Assembly (NCBI RefSeq): GCF_021869535.1
Contig: NW_026262582.1
Coordinates: 18,786,001 to 18,850,000 of the forward strand
Origin: Mytilus californianus
Lineage: Eukaryota
Direction: 5' to 3'
Length of the DNA: 64,000 nt
Below, piece by piece: positions 1-12,700 of this stretch. Each line of letters starts with the position of its first letter. The stretch's first letter is position 1. The notes under the pieces are model-generated. The model was given only the letters and a program-made list of their open reading frames with translations. It searched no databases and was not told the DNA's origin. The translations under genes were made by a program, and so were the position numbers.

Positions 1-731
1 AATGGAATTTAAAAGGCATATAATGTCGTATTCTCCATAGTTGCAGTTTAACTATTGCCATTTTTAGTGACCGGAACGAATAATCTCTAAGTTAATAAAT
101 GTTGCCGACAGTTTTACATCTGTTATTGTTAGTTTATGGTATTTTTGTTTCGTTCTCCCAAAAAATGTTTGACATTAAACCAATGCATAAAAAATTGTAG
201 GAAAATATGTTCTCAAGTGAAAAAAAAACCCCAAACAAACAGGACAGCTTCGTTTGGAACTTGTTCGTGCATTTTAATGCAAAGAGAGGCCTCAGTTCCA
301 CCTCACAATATAAATAACTAATGTTTGGGAACATACATGAGTTAAAGTTATTTTGATGTGACTGAATACGTTTTACAACACTAGTTCAACTAGTAAAATG
401 TGTACGCAATAAAATGTCGAGCTTTAAATAATGAACTTCTATCTTTCTAAATCCAAAAACAACTAGGATAGGAAAAGAAACATGATTGACAAATAAAAAT
501 CAGTGATCCAGTTGAAAATGACAAGCATGCAATAACTTACAATTGAAAATAAAAGGAAGACCTCTCTTCCGACGTACCATGTTAGTGCTGATTCATATAA
601 AAGTAAAATAACTACCTCGCGTAATAATATCAACTGATCCACATTCGTCGAACATTGAAAAGCGAAATACTATGGAATACCTAGACGTTTATATAAAAAA
701 TTCCGTTTCATCTCTTTCTGCCTTTTTACAG

Positions 732-3700
732 AAACCCGACAAAGAAACTAAGAAAAAGAAAACTCTTTACGCCTGCTGTGCCACAATGTGGCATGAGAAT
801 GCAATTGAAATGAAACAGCTAGTTACATCATTATTAAGGTAAAATAAAAAATGAATAACTCTTCTGTTCTATTTATAAACAAAATTTTAAACCAAAAAGT
901 GTGTTAAAAACAAGGTTCTACACACAGACCAGGCTGTCAAATGATCCTGAAATGTATATGAACCCTGACAAGATGTATAAACAGATATTATCATATGGCT
1001 TTTTTAATATAACATCCTTATCAACCTGAGACACCAATATAATCCCAAGAGCTCGGTGTGTGATATTGAAAAAAACATAATATATACACTTTATTATATA
1101 CCTCAAGAAGATGTTTTATGTGACATGACGTTATACAGATAATTGGTTTGACAAAGCCTTTGCAAAGTGATATCGATGACTTGACGTCAAGGTGTGATAA
1201 AACCTTTGAAACGGTGATTGATTGATATCGATATCATCACGGATGGCTTGTACAGCCCGATTGCCGATGACCATATTACACATACAATTTATCTGTATTT
1301 ACTACTAAGTATATGATAAACGAATTTACCAGCTCCTACTACGGATGTGCTTAAACTATTTACTGTAAAAAGTTTTAATACTAAAGAAAGCAGTTTAAAC
1401 AGATAACAATGTCACATGTTTGTTGGTGGACAAGCTGCATAGATGACATGTGAGTTAAGAAATCCTTTTTTTGTTAACTACCTTAGTGTTTGAATATATG
1501 TGATGATTTTAAATGGCTATTACACGAATAGCGCTGATATTTGTATTAGCTCAGACGCGTTATCTCGAGTTGTGGAAAAGAAAACTAAATAACAAAGAAT
1601 TTTTTTGTTACATACGCAGTTTGAAATCGCTTACAAAATATCATAAGCAATTACGGATCATGAATTTGCTTGTCATAAAAGTGAAAAAAAAATCTTTAAT
1701 ACATTTAATTTTGCTCTATTTAAGACTTTGTATATATTAACGAAGCATGAAATATTTCAGATTTAAGTATTGTTAAATCGATCATTGCAATATATATGAC
1801 TGCATTGAGAAACATACATAGCATTATTTACATTATGTTTTAGAAAATAGTGATTATGGAGCAATTTATGTGGAAATCTTTTATTGCAAGAACAAGGCTT
1901 TTATCCGATATTTAAGTAAATTGTCGAATCTCAAATATCATGTGTATAATGGATGAAAATAAACTCTATTATTGATAATATAAAGACCGATAAGGAGTGT
2001 TTCATCAAATATTTAAGTGTAAAACAGACAGTTGAATTTGCGAATGTTCGTTGTCTTTATTGTCATTGAGTATAATGACATATTTAGGTGACTATCTAAA
2101 AATGTTGTTTTTGCTTTTAATAGTTATTGAAAACTTTTGTTCAAAGTTTTATTCATTTTAAAGGCCTAATTTGTTTTTGAAATAATCACACACTATTTAA
2201 TAAATAATTTTGTGCAGATGTTTGAATTAAATATTTCTATAAAATGTATAATACATTTATGAATTTATAATCTCTTAACATATTAAATTATGAAGCAAAC
2301 AGAGTACACTTAAGATGATATTCGTTTTGAAATAATCTTCATATGAATGGAAGTAGACAAGTTCATTTAAAACCATTTTAATTGAGCATGCAGTAATCAA
2401 CACAATCCATTTTTAGTGACTTAGCATTCATATAAACAGGCGCACATTAATGCAAAAGATAGACGTTTTAGTAAGGCCTCTTACACAAAGACAAACCCTA
2501 TCGTTAAATTGTTACTGGGAGAAAAAAAAATCTTTTTCCTTTATGTCACGTCTGAGGGGATATATGCTTCCAACATGTCCAATATAGACACCAAACTTTG
2601 ACTTAATAAGTGCAAGGAAATATTCTATAAAGTCAAAATGAAAGTAGAGCTGGATGAATAAGGTGCCACATTTATTCCCTGAACCCTATATCACAGTTTG
2701 TTGAAAATAATTCATTTTATATGTAAACTTATTTATATATATATATACAATAGGACTTTAGTGCAGATAACAGCATATTTACCTAGAAAATGAGAGGTCA
2801 ACGATACTCAATGGATAATCAAACTCATAAGTCGAAAACAAACGGACAATGAATGCCATGGTGGTAACAAAGAGACAAATAAAAAAAACAACAAGTCTTA
2901 AACATATGGCCTTTGTAATTTGTCTACGAATTTATCCACACAATATTTTTACAATATATTTTTTACAATATGTTGCTTGAAACTTAAACAAAAAATTGTG
3001 GAAAAAGAAAATCATACTATCTTAAATCTGTCTAGTTCAGTTTATAGAAAAGTTAAATGACACTTACATCACCAAGAAACGTGCATTAATCAGTCTGCAT
3101 TCTTTTGGAAAGCAAAACTCATCGATATATTACTCATGCCTTTTTCAGCGATTCTTAAAAAAAGGTTATCAATAAGAATGAAAATAAACAAGTACTGAAC
3201 GTAAGTGCAAGTTTTGTATATTCATTTCAGTTTAAAATTGTTCATTGAATCATCGTCCTTCTTCATTTTTGTTTGTTTTGTTTTCAATATGTAGTAGCAA
3301 GTTGCAGCATTCGTTTTGTTTTGTTGGAACAAATAGTTTTTCCATATTATTTTTGTTGAATCAAACAGTTTTTCCCTGTTCGTTTTGTTTTTTTATAGGT
3401 TAGACCAGCGACAGGCTAAAAACAAGTTTTTGAAAGAAGAGTTTGTCGAAGACGTCGAGACATTCGACTTAGAAGGTAGTGTAGATTTTCCATGTGCTTG
3501 AAAGTCCCCAAAAGGTCAGATGAGTTCGTATTCTTTCATTAATAGATGGTTGTTGTTTGTTATAACGTCTAGTGGAAAATATTTCAGGCATGTTAAGGAC
3601 TAAATCAAAAACTCCAGACAAAGACGGTTAAACAATCGAGTTCTATCGACAATTTTGACCGAAATTAAAATATATTGTACTGTATTTATCTAACGCATGT

Positions 3701-6700
3701 TAAGATAAAGAAACTCTATCTGACACCCAAATGACTAGGATAAAATCATTGATTTAAAAATTACAAAAAAAATTACCCTGTGTCCCTAGATAATTTCCCT
3801 CCAATAACTATGTTGAATACAAATGGAAAACTTACCACAGATACTTTTGCACAAAGACTTAACAGAAATCTACCCCTACACAGAGAACAAAATGGTTATG
3901 TTAAAAATCGCTATATAGAATTCAACGTACGTCAAATTCAAGATTTTATACATTATGCTGAAAACTTTATTATTGATGGAGCTATACTATTCATACACTT
4001 TTCTAAACATTCGACTAACAAGAATGGGACTTAATGCTGGAATCATTGCAAACATTTGGATTTATTGAGTCTTTTCAAAAGTGAGTCACAACACTATATC
4101 ATGATATAAGAGGATGTATTCTAAATAATGGCTGGATCTCTGACACCTTTTGGATTCAACGGGAAATAAGACAAGGATGTCCTTTAAGCGCTATTTGTTT
4201 GTTTTATCAGTCGAAATACTGGCTTGTAGAAAAAGGGATAATAATGATCTGAAAGGGATATAAATAAAAATAAACTCTCACAACTAGGAAATGATACAAC
4301 TCTCTTTTTAAGATGAAATAAGACATGCTCTAAATTAAATATAAACTTTTGGATCTTTTTCTAGACTTAAACTCAATAGAAACAAAACAGAAGGTATATG
4401 GCTAGGTAAACTAAAACATTGCAAAGACTAATTTAGAAATATCAATTGGCAAGATAAAGTGAAAAGTCTTGGTATATATTTCGGCCTTAACAAACAAGAA
4501 TGTGAAACACTTAATATAGATGAACAGTTTAAAAAAACAGAAAAAAAATACTAAACGATTGGAAGAAAATAAAATTGAGTATGATTGGTAAATAAATATA
4601 ATCAAAACACTATATTCCCAATATATAACATATTGCTTTATTGATAAATCTAAGCAGCGAGACTATAAGTCAATTTTAAAAAAAAATCTTATTTAAATTT
4701 TTATGGGAGGGTGGTAGTTAGAAAGTTAAACGCTCAGTGTTAAGAAAAGATTAACCGAAGGGGGACTGAAAATGACAGATATTGCATACATTCAGGCTAT
4801 CAAAATAAATTATGTTAAAAGATTAACTGATAAAACTTGTGCTAACTGGAAAATCATACCAATCTATTACTTCAGGGAGTTTGGGGATAATAATGTGAAA
4901 TCTAACGTGTCTAAAATGAATCTCAATTCGCATAAGTCATTAGAAAACCCAAACAAATTACCTACATTACCTTAACTGAAAAAGAAACAAAACTGGATCG
5001 CTGAACTATGTACTCTTCGAGAAGCCTTACACAAAAGTTGGTCCAAAAAATTAAAAGAGTAATATATCAAAACGTACTAAAATTAACATAACACAAGACA
5101 TTAAGAAGGTTTGTGATGGGTTGTATTACAATTTAGATAAACTTTAGTTTAAAGAAATTTATAATATTATATTCAGGTCTTATAAAGAGTTTCTAATGGT
5201 TTATGTTTTTCCGTTAGGTTTTTGCTCATGGATAAACCAACTATCATGCGAAAATGTTATTTATTTTATAAAAAGAAATCAATCTTTTACCTTTCTTTTT
5301 TTAAAAGATAATAGATTGAAAATGTTTAGATGGAAACTTTTTTAGCTATCAACCATAATCTGTATCATTGGAAAGTAGTTGATAATGAAAACGGTGAGCT
5401 ATGTTTCAAATCTGATAGTTATAACCATTTCTTCTTTGAATGCACATGGATTAAAAAATATCGGACATTACTACACAAAATATTTATGTATTTTAATATT
5501 GGTCAACATGTTTTTTGTCTTAAAAATCATGTAATAGGATATAAAACTGAAGATGATGAATATAATTTACTTAACAATTGTTTGCTTTGTAAAAATCTGA
5601 AACTAAAAGCTTATCAAAACACGGTCAAAGTTACGCTTTCTTGTATCTCAGTCAGTAGACCCCCACACAGTATACATGTGTGTAGAATTACTCTGTAACT
5701 TAAAACTAACACGTAATAATATAGATGTATAAGAAGTTTGCTAATGAAATCCCTTGGAATTATTGGTAACTATTAATACTAAAAATAAAAAATAATAGAT
5801 ACAAAAAAAACCAGGATGACAGATGATGGGCGGGATAGTTGGAATACCACTAGAAAATGAGGGTATGTTGGAAAGGTACGAGCCCTCATGAAGTTGTTGC
5901 AATGGTTCTTAACGTTCAGAGAGCGTGGTTCTTTTTACCCGAGAGGCATCAGATTTAACATTCCTAATATATCCACAAATGGCGTCTCTTTTATACATCC
6001 CGCGCAGTCAAGAAAGATCTGGTAAGTCTATGTTCAGACTATGCAGCAGTTTTTATTAACCAGTACTTGGCCCATGCAAGTACATACCGACAACTTACTA
6101 TATTGTGTGAAAAACTGCTGAATAGCACTGAAGTGACTGCAAGCAAACTGTCTGAACAGTACTGAACTTACCATAAGGGGAAAGGTCTAAAATTAACTGA
6201 ATCAACACACATGACCTAGTAATTTGTTGTTTAGACTATTCAGATGACAGTAAAATAAAAAAAAAAAGACCGTTTCACACTAAAATATTTTACTATTGAC
6301 CCACGATATTTTGTATAATTCAACATTTTATCACCAGTAAATTTACAGAAAATAGTTGTATCAATACTATTGAATATATCATGAACACAGAGGTGCTGGC
6401 TACTAAGCTGGTGATAGCCTCGACATGGTGGTTGTGTATGTTCATAGTTTTGTACGTCAGACGCCTGTTCGTCAAAATGTTTCACTTGGGTTCGAATAAA
6501 AAAAATTGGAATGCTGTATCAATTAGGAATTGATTATTGTTGGATAAGAGAAGTCCATGCGACCATATTTATTCCTAAATTCAACCTTTAAATTCTTTAC
6601 GAGTAATAGAGTACTAAATAATGAAAAGAAAATGATGTCGTAGAATGTTCATCATTACAATGCAAAATACGTTTTTTTATTCACTCTAATATCAGCCAAT

Positions 6701-9700
6701 ATGTGTGCAATATGTTGCAACGAATTCATCATATTAAACCATATGTGGAACTACAAGTTAAGTTCCAAGTTTTCTAAAACTATTCACAGGCAACAGTATA
6801 ATACTAATTTTCGATCTCATTAGTCCCTTTCACAACACATGAATCACGGAAAATATTAAATCTGAGAGAATCTCATGTTATATAGAGCGAGACTGTATGT
6901 GTCTGTAGGAGAAACGGAACTATAAATAATTCATTGCGTCAATAATATTTCGTTATATGAGTTTCCGTGATATCACCTAGTATTGCTTGTACTTTCGTCA
7001 TTTGAAATCTAGTGGATAGTTGTCTCATTGGAAATCATACCACGAACACAAAACATTATCAAGAAACTCAAGAACGAAAAAAAAAAAAAAAACACAATAA
7101 AGTGAAATTCAAAACGACGAGAGAAAATAATTCGACTGAAACAAAAAAAGATTTAGCAACAGAGCCCCCATCACACACCAGGGATGAACTCAAGTGTTTT
7201 TAAAAAGTAATTAGTTCTGGCTCTACATTTGGCCCATGCAAGTACACTTCGATGGTTAGCCACAATTGGTAAAGTTACAATCGAATAAAAGAAGACAGGG
7301 TTATTGTTTCGATGAATTGGAAATAACCATGGTCATCTGCGACACAGATATTTAAGAGCCGTATATTAAATTGGTAACCATTACTTAACACTACCTTACT
7401 CATACCTTGCAAATAATAAGGTATTTATACAAATCTAAATATAATATCCGCAAATATTTTAACCGTTTAAGATCTTCTTTTGATTTTTAAGCTCATGTGT
7501 TTTTTGATGATGCATTTCTACCAAAGAAAGGTAAAGACGACACAAAGAAAGTAATGAATTCATATGTACAAACCTTTATTCAGGAATTACACGATGCTAC
7601 TAGGTATGTTAAATATAAACACCTTTACACAGTCAGATCATTTCCTTGTTTGTTACAAACATGAAAACATAAAATACGTAAACGATTTGATTATGAAAAA
7701 CCCTAATGTAATTCCTTTGTCTAGTAGAAAGAGATTAGATCTTCATTTTCATCTAGGCAATGGTCCAATTCATATTTTGGTCTTCATAATATCACACAAT
7801 ATCTTGCAATGATAACATATCAAATATAAATTTGATTAATAGCGTGTAAATTGCAGATGCTATGTAACCTTGTTGGATAAAGAAAACAATTGACATTCAA
7901 AAAATGATTTTCTAAACGCAATAGTGATAGGAATGTTTTTATCTTTCTATTGGGATCATCTGTGCCGATCTCTGACAGCCTTCATTTGGCAATGACTTAT
8001 TTGTCATTAATATCACCACGTGTCTGTATATACATGTAGCTTAATTGTTTTGTATATATATACAACATAAGTACATCCATCGAGGTATTGAAAAGTGTCC
8101 CACCACAAAAACAATTGTTCAATTGTTCGCCTAGTACCATATACAGAGTCAAGTATCACTGCTTGATTTAAAGCGAAACAATACTATATAATATCATCTT
8201 CAGCAATACAAGGTAAATACACCAGATGAAATATTCAGGGTCCTTGAAGCCTGTATTTCAATTTTTAAATGATAACTTTGTTCATAACCGTTTTTATCCA
8301 ATAATTCGGACTAAAATAATAAACAATATTAGACGAAACAATCGATTATAAACACAAGAAAAACAAAACAGAATTGAAAACACTAAAGTCTTCTTTTACA
8401 AACTAATATCAAAACTCCTGTTTGTATATCAACCCTAGTTCACGTCTACAAAAAATGTAGTTACAGAACTGTTCAACTTCATCAAAGCATAACAAGTTGT
8501 TGAAGTAGTTTTGAATATGTTTTAACCAACTTAGATACCAAAAGATCTGTACAATTAAAGGCAACAGTAGTATACCCCTGTTCGAAATTCATAAATCGAT
8601 TGAGAAAAAACAAATCCGGGTTACAAGCTAAAACTGAGGGAAACACATCAAATATAAGAGGAGAACTACGACACAACAGAAACACAACATTAAAATGTAA
8701 CACACACAAAAACGAACTATAATATAACAATGGCCATTTTCCTGACTTGGTACAGGACATTTTAAGAAAAAAATGGAGGGTTGAACCTGGTTTTGTTGCT
8801 TGCAAAACCTCGCACTTTTATGGCATTGTTAAATATAACACTACAATGACACCATTACATGACATGAATACAGTACAACATTACGGACAGAGAATTACGC
8901 AAATAAACAATACAATATAGTACATTTGGACAACGAAACAACAGAAACACTGAAGTGAACAAACATCAAACAACAATGCAGCACACACAGAAACAAACTA
9001 TACGATAACAATTGCCATTTTCCTGACTTGGTACAGGACATTTTTAAGAAAAAAATGGTGGGTTGAATCTGGTTTTGTGGCTAGCCAAACCTCCCGCTTT
9101 TATAGCAATGTTAAATATAACATTAAAATGCCAACATTACATGACAGGACTACAATACAAATACATAGGAGAACATATAGGACAGAGAAACATACGAATA
9201 ATAGCTAACAAAAGGTACCTGGTTTAAAATTTAATACGCAAGACGCGCGTTTCGGCCACACAAGACTAACCAGTGACGCTCAGATAAAAAAAGTTCGAAA
9301 GCCAAAACAAGTACAAAGTTGAAGAGCATTGAGGACCAAAAGTTCCAAAAAGTTGAACCTAATACGGCTAAGGTTTTCTGTCTGGGATAAGAACATCCTT
9401 ATTATTTAGAATAATTCATACTTTTGCAAACAGTAAATTTATAAAAATGACTTTATAATAGATATACATGATAACACCGAAGTGGTGACTAACTACAGAA
9501 TAAAAACGGATACATAAAACAACATAAACCAGCACCTAAAAATTCACAAACATTTTAAGCGTCATTTATATAGCCTAGTATTGTAGGTATTGCAGTACGA
9601 CATTTTAACGGGTGTCTCCTTGAAATTCTGGGTCCTTAACGCTTTTAAAAGTTGTACTTGATTGGCATGATTTGGTCTTTCAAATAAATTTTATTTGAGC

Positions 9701-12700
9701 GTCACTGATGAAGTATTCGTAAACTTAACGCTCAGTTTCCCTTTTGTTCAAACACTCGGAAAGCATTTTTTCTCCAAATAACGGACGTGAATCACAAAAC
9801 GCTTGAAAAACTCTTCAAAACAATTGTATAAACCAGAATTATCCAAAATACAAGGTGTTATATATTTTTTTTTACATAGGGAATTTTATGAGAAACAAAT
9901 TGAATTACCAGATGGCGGTATGCTAAGAACTCCTTATGGTTCTAGAATTGAATGGACACTTCCTGGAGAGAATAAATTGTTTGTACATTTAAAAGACAAT
10001 ACAAAAATTCGAAACAAGAAGCGTTGGAGTCAGGTACTTGTATTTGTAAAAAATTTAAAACTATGACACAGTTTGGCATCATACTTGAATCAGTAATATA
10101 TAACCGAAGTGGATATATGTAAGAAATAGCTGGTGACAAAAACATTATTAAAAACCTGTTGTCTGTGAAATGTTTAAATAAAATGGTCGAAATACTGCAA
10201 GCCTTACTCAAAACACATCTGGTTTTAGAAAAGTTATTATTGCTCATTCGTGAAAGTACCTTCCTTTTAACATGGTTGTATTGATTGTTCAACTGTTATT
10301 TTTCAAATATTTCCTTTCTTTTGGCCACAAACATGTTTATTTTTCCTCTACGAAAGCTTTTGACTGAATTCCTTGTTTTCTTCTCTCCTATTAAAAAAAA
10401 CAAAACTTTTAAAATCAAAAGACTAATGCAAACTTATATTGGTGATTGTGCTGGCAGTGGTCAAAGCACATCCTTTTCTAAATAGGTTACTGTAGTTTAT
10501 ATCGATATAAAGTACGAATCCCTACCAACACCAGTATGTTGAATGTTGAATGTGCTGCAATTTGAAAGTGCTTATTGGTTGGAGCATATAAATCAAATTC
10601 TAACATTCTTCTTGAGAGTAACCGTTACGAAAAGATATGTGCCTGTTTAAATCATTTCGTTTTTCTTACATTCATGCTATCTTAAACCCATCTAAATGTA
10701 TAGATATTCACAAATTATTTATAAACTAAACATGGTTTTCAATAACATTCATCATGCCAAACAAAAATATGTTTCCCCCTCCTCAACAAAGAGGGGCGAA
10801 AAATACCAAAGGGACATTCAAACTCATATGTCGAAAATAAACGGACAATGAAAATGAAACTGATAGTAAAACTACTTTTACGCGTACAAAACGTCGGGTG
10901 ATTGTTCGAGTGTATGAATGACGTTGCGTGCATTTCATTGATGAACACGTGACGTTCCTAGACTGGTAAGTGACGTCATTGTCTAATATTTTCGAGAAAC
11001 AAGTTCTCTCCATGATATAAAAAAAAATTTGGCAGTAAGATCAGAAGGAAAATGTACAAATTACCGATTAAAGCAAAGTTAATGTGAAAATATACCATCC
11101 AATTGAACAGTTTTTATCGACCACCTATCACCAATGGAATACTCATTAAGGAATCCGATTTTGTGCAGTGAAAAAATAAGTGTCATTAATGTTAAAAGAC
11201 AATGAAGACTGATTAACTTTGCATTGCAGGTGATGTACATGCTGTTTATTCTAAAATGGAAAATTAAACGTAGATTCAAAAGTAAAGGATTAAAGAAAAA
11301 GGAAAAAAAGAAAGCAATACAGGAGGCCGCTGAAAATACATTCCTACTGGCACTTGACGGAGATGTTGACTTCCAACCAGAGGCTGTTCTAAGTTTAATG
11401 AGACGAATGGAAAAGAACGACAAAGTAGGGGCAGCATGTGGAAGAATTCATCCCATTGGAAATGGTCTGTATTTTTTAGAATAATTATTTGTCTTTTCTT
11501 CTAACATCATTCAGAGCTAAATCGCTGAATTAAGATAATCTTCATGTTAAGTTACAAATGACGACCTTTGTCGTAATGAAATGCATCCCCATTCTCAATT
11601 TATTATCCTTCATTTTTTCAAAATGGTTCTTATAATGGTCTATTTAGCAAGCAAATATAAGAAGTGTTTTATAGATATGAAAGACTATAAAACCATAATC
11701 TTGTTTTCTTAATTCTTAAAAATTTGTCTTAAGAATATATTGCCGCTTAATTCAAAGAAGAGTAAACATGAAATTGATAAATATTTTTCATTGCATTGAT
11801 GTATTTAAAACGTACTTGAAATTTTGACTTTAGTAAACACTAAGTTAAGACCACAAGTTGATCTGAGACATACACGTATCAATGCCTTCGTGCCAGTTTA
11901 ATGCGCATTTAGAAATATAGGTCGTTTAAGGTTTACACATTCTGATGTCAACAATGATTTCACTTAGAAGCAGTTTTTTTTTTTTTTTTTCAAATACTGT
12001 GAAGGTTCTTTTATATCGAGGTATATAGCAAAGAAGTATGTTAAAGCATGTCATATATACGCAGTCCAATTTAATGATTGCAAATGCAATTACTTTTAAA
12101 AAAATAACACCATGAAACCTTTTTCTGCATTCGTTTATATGATTAAAAACATCGTTGCTCATCGTCAAATATATATCTATCTATCAAATATCAATTGAAT
12201 TTACGTGCGATTTTGTTTCTTAAACAGGTCCAATGGTTTGGTATCAACAGTTTGAATATGCTATAAGTCATTGGCTTCAGAAAGCAACTGAACACGTGAT
12301 TGGCTGTGTCTTATGTAGTCCTGGGTGTTTCAGTTTGTTTCGTGGTTCTGCAATATTACAACACGAAGTCCTTGAGACATATACCTCAGTTGCACAAGAG
12401 GCAAGGCATTGTTTGCAATATGATCAAGGTAAATACTGTAATAATTTTCCTATATGTAATCGTAAAAAAATAACGCATTGTAAATGGTCAAATGTATCCT
12501 TTGTTAATTCGAAACATTCGAAATGTTCCAATGCTAATCCAATTCTACAACTAGTCTCATTATAAAAATTTTATGACTTTCTAACAACTTTTGCACCAAT
12601 CAGCTTGCATGGCTGCTGAATTCATCTGGAATGTCCATATGTTTCATTTTCAATCGCTGTGAAAGATAGCCTTTACTGCTACTTGACTGTCCATGAATAC

